The position numbers and the translations under genes are program-made. Positions 1 to 9,605 of a stretch of DNA of 64,000 nucleotides are shown in pieces. Origin of the DNA: Ilyomonas sp. (GTDB taxonomy: Bacteria; Bacteroidota; Bacteroidia; Chitinophagales; Chitinophagaceae); the NCBI GenBank assembly GCA_965214235.1, contig CBDCBH010000002.1, positions 838,320 through 902,319 on the forward strand, in the 5' to 3' direction. Under the pieces are notes generated by a model. That model was not told the origin of the DNA. It did no database searches and was given only the letters and a program-made list of their open reading frames with translations. Each line of letters starts with the position of its first letter. Within the stretch, counting starts at the first letter, position 1.

Positions 1-188
1 AACATATCGCCACGCAGGGGACCGACACCTTTCATGTATTCAATAGGCGAGTTAAGTATAGATGGAGTTAATGAAATTGCTAAAATATTTGGTTACAAAT
101 ATCGGAAAAGAGTATTGCTAAAATGCAATATTAACAACGGGTTTGGTTGAAAAGCAATAGATGTGGTTGTAAGAAATGGAAGTTTCTT

Positions 189-470
189 TCACTGTATCAC
201 TACATTCGTTATAACCTTTTCGCCGAGCGCTTCATTTACGCGCTCCATAATTTTTTCTTTTTGATACATCAATTCGTTTTTTAAAGGACCCACCGATGTA
301 TTGATGAACAAAGTGCCATTGATGATTTGAACACTATCGGTATATTTGGATATGGTGCTGCCCATAATTTGCTGCCACACTTCTTCAATTTGAACAGAAC
401 GAATGCCATTTTTCAAATTGCTTTTGTTGATTAAATTTTTAAGTGCTGCGCCGATATGATATTCGCTCAT
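189..470 (-). CDS. DUF721 domain protein (DciA-like small protein)
   Basis: The translation MSEYHIGAALKNL...WQQIMGSTISKYTDSVQIINGTLFINTSVGPLKNEL resembles DUF721 proteins. I prefer the ATG at 470 over the upstream start at 512. Confidence 0.75.
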   Translation of the reverse strand: MSEYHIGAALKNLINKSNLKNGIRSVQIEEVWQQIMGSTISKYTDSVQIINGTLFINTSVGPLKNELMYQKEKIMERVNEALGEKVITNVVIQ

Positions 471-537
471 AAATAGTTGGTGGTTGGTAGATGAAAGTTG
501 ATAGGTGAACAATAAGAAAATGGTATAAAAACAAACC

Positions 538-1197
538 TTATATTTTCAGGTAATTCATCAGCAAATCGTAGTTCTCGCGCAGTTCGTTTTCGTAGGCTTC
601 TTCTCCAAAAAAATAACGAATTATATAATCGTACCGTTGCAGGGTAGCCAATACATCCGAGACTTCCGTTTTATTTAATTTAATGGTAACAATAAATAAA
701 CCGGTGCCGCTTTCGGTAAACGTATTCAGTTGCACAATGCTGGAATTGTTTGTTTCCACCAGCCGCGATAATTCGCCCACCGCATAATTAATCCGCTCCA
801 TTTCAAGAACAACAATAGCACCCGGCTCTTCTACATTTTGAAACGCGGCAGTAGCACGCAACAGTTCTGCAGCCGTAATTACGCCCTGCAATTGAAGTTC
901 GGCATTTACTACAGGCAAAAGCGTTAAATCGTTGCCCACTGCGGCTTTCAATGCAGATAAGAAATGCTCCCGCGGCTGCACAGATGCTTTTATTAAGGTC
1001 AGCGATAATGAAGCTAAGGTTGCCGAATCGTCTTCATCAAACAAGTCGGTTTTTGAAATTATGCCTGTAAACAAGTCTTCCTCTTCTACGGGTAAATGTT
1101 GCACATCATAATCTTCCATCAACTGCAGAGCTAAAGAAACTGTATCGCTAAAATGAAGCACCGGATAATTTACAATCGGAAGCTGGCTTACAAGCAT
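538..1197 (-). CDS. CBS domain-containing protein
   Basis: An N-terminal CBS pair pattern (VSLALQLMEDYDVQHLPVEEE..., LLPVVNAELQLQGVITAAELL) is followed by a C-terminal ACT-like region. Confidence 0.75.
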   Translation of the reverse strand: MLVSQLPIVNYPVLHFSDTVSLALQLMEDYDVQHLPVEEEDLFTGIISKTDLFDEDDSATLASLSLTLIKASVQPREHFLSALKAAVGNDLTLLPVVNAELQLQGVITAAELLRATAAFQNVEEPGAIVVLEMERINYAVGELSRLVETNNSSIVQLNTFTESGTGLFIVTIKLNKTEVSDVLATLQRYDYIIRYFFGEEAYENELRENYDLLMNYLKI

Positions 1198-1225
1198 TGC
1201 ATATTTTTTAGTAAGACAAAAAAAA

Positions 1226-2005
1226 TCACACCATAGTTGCAGCAGGCTGTTTTAATTTTTTTAAAAATGCATCGAGAATACGGTTGAACTCAGCGGGCAC
1301 TTCCATCATAGGTGCGTGCCCGCATTTATCAATAAAATGCAATTCGCTATTGGGGATAAGCTTATTAAATTCTTCTGCAACAAACGGCGGCGTGATGGTA
1401 TCGTTCTTTCCCCAAATTAATAGCGTAGGCTGATGAATTTGGTTTAGTTCTTCACCCAAATTATTCCGTATTGCACTTTTGGCAAGCGAAATAATTTTTA
1501 TCACTTTTAAACGGTTGTTGGTAATTTCAAACACTTCATTTACCAACTCATCGGTTGCTATCTCCGGATCATAAAACGTAAGCTGTGTTTTGTTTCGTAT
1601 GTAATGAATATCGCCACGCTTCGGGTAGCTATCGCCCATGCCGTTTTCAAACAAACCTGAACTGCCCGTGAGGATTAACGACTTAATGCGTTCGGGATGT
1701 TTTAAAACATGCACCAGCGCAACATGGCCACCTAAAGAATTGCCCAATAAGTGAATAGCTGTGTAGTTACGGGCTTCAATAAATTTATATACAAATTTTT
1801 CGATGCCGCCAACGGTCGTGTGAAAAATATCCAACTCAAAAAGAGGCAACATTGGAACAATAACCTGGTAGTGGGTTTTGAAATGATCTATTAAATCTTT
1901 AAAATTACTTAAGGCGCCAAACAAGCCGTGCAACAGCAGCAACGGCTCGCCGCTTCCTTCCTCAAAAAATTTGAACTTTTCGTGCTGTTTTATTTGATAT
2001 GACAT
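1226..2005 (-). CDS. alpha/beta fold hydrolase
   Basis: It has the HG oxyanion motif (LLLLHGLFG), the nucleophile elbow GNSLGG and a C-terminal CGH. ATG at 2005 (MSYQIKQ). Confidence 0.85.
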   Translation of the reverse strand: MSYQIKQHEKFKFFEEGSGEPLLLLHGLFGALSNFKDLIDHFKTHYQVIVPMLPLFELDIFHTTVGGIEKFVYKFIEARNYTAIHLLGNSLGGHVALVHVLKHPERIKSLILTGSSGLFENGMGDSYPKRGDIHYIRNKTQLTFYDPEIATDELVNEVFEITNNRLKVIKIISLAKSAIRNNLGEELNQIHQPTLLIWGKNDTITPPFVAEEFNKLIPNSELHFIDKCGHAPMMEVPAEFNRILDAFLKKLKQPAATMV

Positions 2006-2051
2006 GAAAACCCCTTTGTAAAAACCCTTTGTCAAAATTAACTAAGTGCCG

Positions 2052-2618
2052 CTAAAATAGCGGTTTTGATTTGAAGAATGTGATTTGTGTGTGATTAACT
2101 GCATTATCGAAAAAGTGTTCTAACTGCTGAAACATGTTTTGAAACCAGGGTATCAGGCTGCTGAAAGCATTGATAGCTTTAGGACCCAAAGGTTCAATAA
2201 AATTATACACGTAAGAAGCTTCAATGGTTTGTTTTTTTAATACTGTTGTTTTTGTTGCAAAAAATAAAACAACACTAAAGATGATGGTATAAAGAAGCGA
2301 ATAAAGCACTACGCCCGCTACTTTATTAATAAAGCCCAGCATGGCAAGCTGTAATGTTTTTTCTATAACCCTTGCCACCATGCGGGTAAGAAAAGCAACC
2401 CCGATTAAAACAATAGCGAATGCAATAATTGGCAGCAAACGTTCGCCAAGGTTGGTACTTTTTTGCAGCCAGGCAGCTACCGTTGCGGATAATTTTAAAG
2501 CCGCTGCCAAACCAATAAAAATGGTAAAAAATGAAATCATAGCAATAACAAACCCTTTGCTATAACCTTTGAAAATTGCAAGAATAAGAATACCGAAATA
2601 TATAAGATCAATCAACAT
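2052..2618 (-). CDS. CvpA family membrane protein
   Basis: Four predicted TM helices and an N-terminus (MLIDLIYFGILILAIFKGYSKGF) typical of the CvpA family. Confidence 0.8.
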   Translation of the reverse strand: MLIDLIYFGILILAIFKGYSKGFVIAMISFFTIFIGLAAALKLSATVAAWLQKSTNLGERLLPIIAFAIVLIGVAFLTRMVARVIEKTLQLAMLGFINKVAGVVLYSLLYTIIFSVVLFFATKTTVLKKQTIEASYVYNFIEPLGPKAINAFSSLIPWFQNMFQQLEHFFDNAVNHTQITFFKSKPLF

Positions 2619-2713
2619 GATTGAATGTGTAACAGGTAATTTTAATATTGATGGAAATATAATATTGAAAGGTATTGTAAACAGAAGCCAACATTACCTA
2701 TACATCTTCAATC

Positions 2714-3166
2714 TTACTTCGCCAACAGTTGCTTTACAACCGCTGAAATCGCTTTTCCATCTGCTTTTCCGGCAAGTTGCTTTGTAGCAACGCCCATCAC
2801 TTTTCCAATGTCGGCTGGCGATGAAGCGCCGGTATCGGCAATTATTTTTTGCACTGTTTGTTTCAATTCATCATCGCTCATTTGTGCCGGTAAAAACTTT
2901 TCAATTATAATAAGTTCTTCCTCTTCTTTTTTGGCAAGGTCTGCGCGGTTTTGCTCTGTAAAAATTTGAAGAGAATCTTTACGTTGCTTGATGAGGCGCT
3001 GAAGTAGTTTTACTTCACCATCTTCCGAAATTTGCCCGTTTGCGCCCGGCTCTGTTTTGACTTTTATAATCTCTGCTTTAATGGCGCGAAGACCGCGTAA
3101 AGCCGCTTCATCCTTAGCTTTCATAGCGTCTTTCATATCAGTCATTACTAATGTTTCTAAACTCAT
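2714..3166 (-). CDS. GatB/YqeY domain protein
   Basis: The full-length sequence resembles YqeY (MKDAMKAKDEAALRGLRAIKAE...GKVMGVATKQLAGKADGKAIS). Confidence 0.85.
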   Translation of the reverse strand: MSLETLVMTDMKDAMKAKDEAALRGLRAIKAEIIKVKTEPGANGQISEDGEVKLLQRLIKQRKDSLQIFTEQNRADLAKKEEEELIIIEKFLPAQMSDDELKQTVQKIIADTGASSPADIGKVMGVATKQLAGKADGKAISAVVKQLLAK

Positions 3167-3240
3167 AGTTTCTTTTTATTGAGGTAAAAAAGTTTGTATT
3201 ACTTATTCGGTTATTATAAAATAGCGGGCGGATAATGGTT

Positions 3241-3585
3241 TTATTTTACTTCATTTATTTGCAGGGCGCGAAACTTTTTCATCCAGTCTTTAGCAAAAGT
3301 TTTCATATCGTTTGATAGCTCCTGATAACGTGTGGCTCTACTGTAAGTATCCCCCATGGTTATCATGGTTTGATAAAAAAAATCCGTCATTTCATCCACC
3401 ATCATATCTTTCGTCCAAAGGTCAATGCGCAAGGCGGTTTTATCGGCATTATCCCAAAAGGAAAGCATCATCGCTTTTGCTTTTTGCACTTCTTCCAACT
3501 GGCTGTCGGTTGCATTCCAGTTAATTTTCTCAACCATTTTATTGTCGTCCCTCGTTATATCAATTGTTATTTTTGATTGAATCAT
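3241..3585 (-). CDS. gldC: gliding motility protein GldC
   Basis: A 114-aa protein with the GldC-like motif INWNATDS...AMMLSFWD....ALRIDLWTKDMMVDEM. Confidence 0.8.
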   Translation of the reverse strand: MIQSKITIDITRDDNKMVEKINWNATDSQLEEVQKAKAMMLSFWDNADKTALRIDLWTKDMMVDEMTDFFYQTMITMGDTYSRATRYQELSNDMKTFAKDWMKKFRALQINEVK

Positions 3586-3624
3586 GCACTTGTTTTATTA
3601 AGTGGCAAAAATAGGAAGTCTTTT

Positions 3625-4719
3625 CTACTCAAACAGATTGGCAGGTATGGCGCTTTGTAAGGTTTTCATTGTATTTTCTTTTGAATACAATTTTGTTTGC
3701 TCCTTGCCTTTATCTATTATTCTGTTTCGCAGGTTTTCATCTTTATATAACAAAATCATTTTCTCGCCAAGCTGTTCATAATTGTTACGTTCTAACAATA
3801 TTGCAGCATCTTCTGCATATTCTTTTACACTCTCTGTAACGAAAGAAATACAGGGCGTTTCACATTGCATCGCTTGCAGCAAAGGCATTACATCGTCATC
3901 TTTCAAAGGTGTATGAATAAACAGGTAAGCAGAAGCCAGCAAAGAAGCCTGTTCAGCTTCGGTTACTTCCTGCAGCAGCCTTACATCATCGCGGTATTTG
4001 TACGAGCTGAATTTTTCCTGCCATTCTTTATTCTCACTAAAAAGAAGCCTTCCAAAAACCAACAACTTCATACCGCTGTGCTGCCATTTTTTAAAGATTG
4101 AAAACGCTTTCAACAAGCTCATAAACGAATCAAATGTTTTCTCCGCGGCACTTACAAAAAAATATTCTTTGCCTTGTGTGTATTCCATTTTCAGCGATTG
4201 TTTTTTTGACCAGTTAACCGGTTGAAAAACATCATCTGCAGCAGCACGGATAACCTGGATATTATGTTCTGGCAGTTGATGAAGTGCAATTAATTTTTGC
4301 TTTACAGCAGCTGAACAAACAGCAATTTTTATTGATGAGGCGATTGGTTTTGTTTTACTCCATTTTTCAGCATCATTCACAACAATCAATTGCGGTAAAC
4401 GGGATGAAATTTTATAACTATTGATCTGCACCAGCCATTGAATGCTATTTTTTTTTATTACAGAAAGAAGCTGTAAGCGGTTTATAAATGACAACGAAAA
4501 CTTGTTTTGATGAATAACAATTGCAGTTTTTTGATTTGTTTTTATAGCACTTTTTGCTTCTGAAATAGTATTGGGTTGATAAATGAAAACGTTTTGTTTT
4601 ACTAACAATTCAATAAGGCATTGATATAAAAAATTTGCGTAGCTATTTTGTTTTGTTCGATAATAAAGAAGTAAAACCTGCATAAATAAAAGTTCAACCA
4701 AAAAGAAGCGAAGACACAA
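3625..4719 (-). CDS. glycosyltransferase (GT-B, family 1/4-like)
   Basis: The C-terminal half has a GT1-type motif (FIHTPLKDDDVMPLLQAMQCETPCISF). The true start may be an internal Met (MQVLLL). Confidence 0.65.
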   Translation of the reverse strand: MCLRFFLVELLFMQVLLLYYRTKQNSYANFLYQCLIELLVKQNVFIYQPNTISEAKSAIKTNQKTAIVIHQNKFSLSFINRLQLLSVIKKNSIQWLVQINSYKISSRLPQLIVVNDAEKWSKTKPIASSIKIAVCSAAVKQKLIALHQLPEHNIQVIRAAADDVFQPVNWSKKQSLKMEYTQGKEYFFVSAAEKTFDSFMSLLKAFSIFKKWQHSGMKLLVFGRLLFSENKEWQEKFSSYKYRDDVRLLQEVTEAEQASLLASAYLFIHTPLKDDDVMPLLQAMQCETPCISFVTESVKEYAEDAAILLERNNYEQLGEKMILLYKDENLRNRIIDKGKEQTKLYSKENTMKTLQSAIPANLFE

Positions 4720-4794
4720 AGAAAAAGCTTTCTTCCGCTTTATTATATAAACAAACCAACAAGGTTTTTACAACGGATTAATTTGCTGTAAAAA

Positions 4795-5544
4795 TTATTG
4801 AAACAAAGTTTCTGCCACAGCAATACTTTCCGGTTTTCCAACATCAACAAACAAACAGTTATCATCTGCAAAGCCATGCACAGTAAGCGTTTTAGCCAAT
4901 TCAAGATATACATCAATCATCGAAAACTTACCACTGAACAACGGTTGCATCAACATAAACAACTTACGATTGATAACATGAATTCCATTGAACGCCTTCT
5001 CATAAAAATGACCGGGTTGCTTCGCCATCTTCACTTCGCCGGTGTTTACATTTCGCCAGCCGCACAACACGTTTTCATCTGTAAATAAAAGATACCGAGA
5101 TGTGCTTCTATCGCTCACAGCAAGCGTTGCTAATGGTTTTTTTTGCAAGTGCTGTTCTATCATTTTATGCAATGGTAAATTGGTAAGCACATCTGCATTC
5201 ATCAGCACAAAATTATCTTCATTTACAAAGTGAGGCGAAGCAAAAAGCAAACCGCCGCCGGTTTCCAAAACATCTTTTTCAAAAGATACAGTTACCTTAC
5301 TTCTCCATCCATTATTTTTAATTACCGCTTCTTCAATTTGTTCTGCAAAGTGATGCGTATTTACCACCACATCATATATTCCAAAGGTTTGTAAATATTC
5401 AATGTTTCGTTGCAATAAACTTTTACCGTTTACTAATACCAGCGTTTTAGGATGCTTGCTGGTAAAGGGTTTCAGGCGTGTACCCAAACCGGCAGCCAAT
5501 ATCATGGCTTTGCGAACAGATGATTGGGAAAGATCAGGATTCAA
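4795..5544 (-). CDS. sugar-1-phosphate nucleotidyltransferase (MurU-like)
   Basis: It carries the N-terminal motif MILAAGLGTRLKPFTSKHPKTLV. It overlaps the upstream kinase gene by 11 nt, suggesting an operon. Confidence 0.75.
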   Translation of the reverse strand: MNPDLSQSSVRKAMILAAGLGTRLKPFTSKHPKTLVLVNGKSLLQRNIEYLQTFGIYDVVVNTHHFAEQIEEAVIKNNGWRSKVTVSFEKDVLETGGGLLFASPHFVNEDNFVLMNADVLTNLPLHKMIEQHLQKKPLATLAVSDRSTSRYLLFTDENVLCGWRNVNTGEVKMAKQPGHFYEKAFNGIHVINRKLFMLMQPLFSGKFSMIDVYLELAKTLTVHGFADDNCLFVDVGKPESIAVAETLFQ

Positions 5545-7051
5545 GCGTAGTAATTCTTGTTGTATGATGTTGCCTTATGTTGTTACGTCGTTTTGTTTTT
5601 GGTATTTGCGTTTCTTCTTTCACCCAATTATTTTGGTTATGATGATGAATCTCAACCTTTACTTTGTATTTATTTTTCAGATGCCTTGCCGTTTGCTCGG
5701 CAGCGTACACACTCCGATGCTGGCCGCCCGTACATCCAAATGAAATAGATAAATGATCGAAACCACGTTTGATATAATCTTCAACAGAAATATCAACCAG
5801 GTTATAAACACTGTTTAAAAACTCGTTCATTTTTGTTTTTTCTTCCAAAAACGTTTGCACATTTTTATCAAGTCCGCTGCTATATTCAAACTCTTCATAC
5901 CGACCTGGATTCAGCAATCCGCGACAATCAAAAACAAAACCGCCTCCATGTCCTGATGTGTCTTTAGGCAATTTCTTTTTAAATGAAAAACTGTTGATGG
6001 TAACTACAAGCGGTGTGTTTTCATTCGCCTGACTGTTTTCAAAACGACCGATGATATCATCGCTTACAATGGCTTTCAGAATGCGTGCAAATTCGGGTGT
6101 CGCTTCATTAATGTAGTGTATATCCATAAAGCATTTCAGGTTTTTTAACGCCAGAGGAATGCTTATTAAAAAATGCGCTTTTCGTTCAAACAAACCTCTA
6201 AAACCATACGCACCCAACACCTGCAGCAAACGCAGTAAAACATAACCATTGTATTGCTCAACAAACAAATTTCTGTTTAGTTTGTAAGGCAGCAATTTAT
6301 CGGCTTCATCCATGTAATAATGCAATAATTTATTCTTCCATTCATTGCTTAATTCTGCTTTTGCCTGCCATAGCAAACTCGCCACATCATACTGCAATGC
6401 GCCACGCATCCCGCCCTGGTAATCTATAAAACAAAGCCCGTTTTCTTTTACTATAATATTGCGGCTTTGAAAGTCGCGGAACATAAAATATTTGTTGTCA
6501 TCATTCACTAAAAATTCACTTATGTTTTCAAATTCTGCATACAAAGCCTGCTTATCGTAAGGCAGTTTCAATGTATCTAAAAAGTAATATTTAAAATAAA
6601 GCAAATCGCTCATAATTGCCTGCTTGCCAAATTCTTTTGCTGTAAGGCATAAATTATAATTTAAGCCTTCATCGCCTTGTATTTGCAAGTGCGCCAACTG
6701 CCGCAGGCTCATTTGAAATAACTGATACACAACATCATTATATCCATGCATAGAAAGCATATCTAACAACGATTCTGTTCCGGCATCTTCCTGAATGTAC
6801 AAGTTGCCTTCATTATTCACCGCAAACACCTCGGGCACGGGCAATTTTTTTTGTTTGAAGTGATGCGTAAACTTAATGAATGTGTTGTTCTCCTGAACAT
6901 TGTTATTATAAGTAGCGATGAATGTGCCTGCAGAAGTAAAAACGCGAAAATAAATACGGTCGCTTCCGCTTTGCGGGAGCTTTTCAATGCGTTCAATCGC
7001 ATCTTGATGGATGGAGGAAAGCAAACTTGTTATGGCAGCTTCTATCGTCAT
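5534..7051 (-). CDS. aminoglycoside-phosphotransferase-fold sugar kinase (AmgK-like) fused to a RapZ C-terminal-like domain
   Basis: The N-terminal APH fold has RDFQSRNIIV and FIDYQGG catalytic motifs. The C-terminal roughly 140 aa match the RapZ C-terminal domain signature (FDCRGLLNPGR...SFGCTGGQHRSVYAAEQ). Confidence 0.75.
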   Translation of the reverse strand: MTIEAAITSLLSSIHQDAIERIEKLPQSGSDRIYFRVFTSAGTFIATYNNNVQENNTFIKFTHHFKQKKLPVPEVFAVNNEGNLYIQEDAGTESLLDMLSMHGYNDVVYQLFQMSLRQLAHLQIQGDEGLNYNLCLTAKEFGKQAIMSDLLYFKYYFLDTLKLPYDKQALYAEFENISEFLVNDDNKYFMFRDFQSRNIIVKENGLCFIDYQGGMRGALQYDVASLLWQAKAELSNEWKNKLLHYYMDEADKLLPYKLNRNLFVEQYNGYVLLRLLQVLGAYGFRGLFERKAHFLISIPLALKNLKCFMDIHYINEATPEFARILKAIVSDDIIGRFENSQANENTPLVVTINSFSFKKKLPKDTSGHGGGFVFDCRGLLNPGRYEEFEYSSGLDKNVQTFLEEKTKMNEFLNSVYNLVDISVEDYIKRGFDHLSISFGCTGGQHRSVYAAEQTARHLKNKYKVKVEIHHHNQNNWVKEETQIPKTKRRNNIRQHHTTRITTLES

Positions 7052-7260
7052 AGAAAAAATTTACGGATGGTAAAAATAGAATAGTTTTCGGGTAATTATA
7101 ATTCAAAATTATTCTCCGGTAAACATCTTCAAAATCTCATTTTATCTGTTCAAATCTCCATTTATCTTTGCCGTCAACATTTTGTTCCGCCTGCAACGGA
7201 ATCTATAACATACCATAGAACATGAAGCGATAAAGAGCTTAATGTCTGAAATGAATTATT

Positions 7261-8301
7261 ATGGCAGTATTACATAACCGCATCAGCGGAGAAGAATTAA
7301 AGCAGCGGTTGCTTCAGGAAGCGGAAAAGCGCACCACCATTAGTTTTTACCAGTATTTCGAAATTCAAAATCCTTTAGAATTTCGAAATTTTCTTTACAA
7401 ACAATTGGATGAGTTGAATGTGTTTGGTCGCATTTATATTGCTAAAGAAGGCATTAATGCGCAGATAAGTGTGCCAGATAAAAACTACGATTTGTTTGTA
7501 CGTTTTTTATATTCTGTTGATGGTTTGAATGAGGTAAGATTGAACACTGCTGTAGATGACGATGGCAAATCGTTTTGGGTGTTAAAAATAAAAGTGCGTG
7601 ATAAAATTGTAGCCGATGGAATTGATGATGAAACTTTTAGCATGAACAACAAAGGAAGGTATGTAAATGCCGCTCAAATGAATGAATTTTTACAACAGCC
7701 CGATACGGTTGTAATTGACATGCGCAATCATTACGAATATGAAGTGGGGCATTTTAAAAATGCGCTGGAAGTGCCTTCCGATACATTTCGGGATCAGTTG
7801 CCAATGGCGGTTGATATGTTGAAAGGAAAAGAAAATAAAAACATTATTATGTATTGCACCGGAGGCATCCGTTGCGAAAAAGCAAGCGCTTTTCTTTTAC
7901 ACAAAGGTTTCCATAATGTGTTTCACCTGGAAGGTGGCATTATTAATTATGCGAAGGAAATAAAAAAACACGAGTTAGAAAGCCAGTTCATCGGTAAAAA
8001 CTTTGTGTTTGACAATCGTTTGGGAGAGCGGATAACGAATGAAGTGATTGCCAAATGTCATCAATGCGGAAAACCCTGCGATGCTCATACGAATTGCAAA
8101 AACAATGGCTGCCACCTGCTGTATATTCAATGTGAAGAATGCGCCGAAAAATTTGATAGCTGTTGCTGTGTTGAATGCAAAAACACAATTCATTTGCCCA
8201 TTGAAAGGCAGGCTGAATTAAGAAAGGGAATTGATAAAGGCAGAAATGTGTTTAATAAATCGAAAACGAGATTGCGACCGAGGTTGGGTGATTTTAGTTG
8301 A
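7261..8301 (+). CDS. trhO: rhodanese-domain tRNA U34 hydroxylase TrhO (UPF0176/YceA family)
   Basis: It has the UPF0176 N-terminus (ISFYQYF...[15 protein letters not shown]), a rhodanese loop [11 protein letters not shown] and a Cys-rich C-terminal tail. Confidence 0.85.
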   Translation: MAVLHNRISGEELKQRLLQEAEKRTTISFYQYFEIQNPLEFRNFLYKQLDELNVFGRIYIAKEGINAQISVPDKNYDLFVRFLYSVDGLNEVRLNTAVDDDGKSFWVLKIKVRDKIVADGIDDETFSMNNKGRYVNAAQMNEFLQQPDTVVIDMRNHYEYEVGHFKNALEVPSDTFRDQLPMAVDMLKGKENKNIIMYCTGGIRCEKASAFLLHKGFHNVFHLEGGIINYAKEIKKHELESQFIGKNFVFDNRLGERITNEVIAKCHQCGKPCDAHTNCKNNGCHLLYIQCEECAEKFDSCCCVECKNTIHLPIERQAELRKGIDKGRNVFNKSKTRLRPRLGDFS

Positions 8302-8372
8302 CAGTTGGTGGTTGGTAGTTGATAGATTTTATTGTTCTTTAGTTATGAATTATAAATAATTTTTTGGCTCTA

Positions 8373-9317
8373 TCATCTGTTAGAAAGCCATTCTTCCACT
8401 TTTTCATACATTTCTTCATTACTCATGTCAACAGGCTGAAAAGCTTGCCCCGTAATGCTTTCATACAGTTCAATATACCGACGGCTTATGGTAGTTACCC
8501 ATTCATCCGACATATTGGGAACGGTTTGATTTTCTTTACCCATGAAGTTATTTTCAATAAGCCACTCGCGTACAAATTCTTTGCTCAACTGCTTTTGACG
8601 CTCGCCCCGCTGTTGCCGCTCTTCAAAGCCATCGGCATAAAAATATCGTGAAGAATCGGGCGTATGAATTTCATCCATTAAATAAACAACATCGTCAATT
8701 TTGCCGAACTCATATTTCGTATCAACCAAAATTAATCCCCGGTTGGCTGCAATTTGTTTACCTCTTTCAAAAAGCTGCAAAGTATATCTTTCTAAAGCAT
8801 TCCATTCCTCTTCTGTTGCCAGGCGCTGGCTTATGATTTCATCTTTCGATATATCTTCATCATGCCCTTCCGATGCTTTCGTGGAAGGTGTAATTATCGG
8901 TGTTGAAAAGGCATCATTTTCTTTCATACCATCCGGCATAACAATGCCGCACAAAATTCGCTTGCCACTGTTATAAGTGCGCCACGCATGACCTGTAAGA
9001 TTACCACGCACTACTATTTCAATTTTAAACGGAATACATTTTTTACCCGTTGCAGCCACCGGGGCTGGCGTTGCAAGAAGCCAGTTAGGACAAATGTCAT
9101 TTGTTTGTTGGAGCATGAAGGCGGCTACCTGGTTAAGAACCTGACCTTTGTAGGGGATGGGCTTTGGCAAAATAACATCGAAAGCCGAAATGCGGTTGCT
9201 GGCGATCATTACCAGCGTATCGTTACCAATTGTGTAAACATCTCTTACTTTACCTTTATAAAAAGCAGTTTGGTTGGGGAACTGATGAGGTATCATAAAA
9301 CAAAAATAGAGGAACAA
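8373..9317 (-). CDS. purC: phosphoribosylaminoimidazole-succinocarboxamide synthase
   Basis: Long-form SAICAR synthetase motifs are present: [19 protein letters not shown] and [11 protein letters not shown]. Confidence 0.9.
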   Translation of the reverse strand: MFLYFCFMIPHQFPNQTAFYKGKVRDVYTIGNDTLVMIASNRISAFDVILPKPIPYKGQVLNQVAAFMLQQTNDICPNWLLATPAPVAATGKKCIPFKIEIVVRGNLTGHAWRTYNSGKRILCGIVMPDGMKENDAFSTPIITPSTKASEGHDEDISKDEIISQRLATEEEWNALERYTLQLFERGKQIAANRGLILVDTKYEFGKIDDVVYLMDEIHTPDSSRYFYADGFEERQQRGERQKQLSKEFVREWLIENNFMGKENQTVPNMSDEWVTTISRRYIELYESITGQAFQPVDMSNEEMYEKVEEWLSNR

Positions 9318-9605
9318 TTGTTTTATTTACATCAATTAAACTATTTATATTTACTTGTCCGAAATTCAGAGAATAGGTTTTCTTTTATTGCATTTTGCCT
9401 GACATCGTACCCAAAACAAAAAACAAATGCTTCAGTTATCCAACTTTATAGTTGCTAACCATCTATTTTTTATAGTTTTTTGTTAGTGTTTTTGAAAATA
9501 TTTATGTATAGATTAAAATATTTTAATAATTAAAAAAAGTATCACTTTTTTTCTTTTAATTAACAATAACTGCTTTCCTTTACTATAATAAACTATAGCT
9601 ACTTT

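Noticed and set aside
1-36. Possible start of a minus-strand gene (MKGVGPLRGDM...) running off the left edge
   Set aside because: Only 12 codons are visible, so no product or even coding status can be supported.
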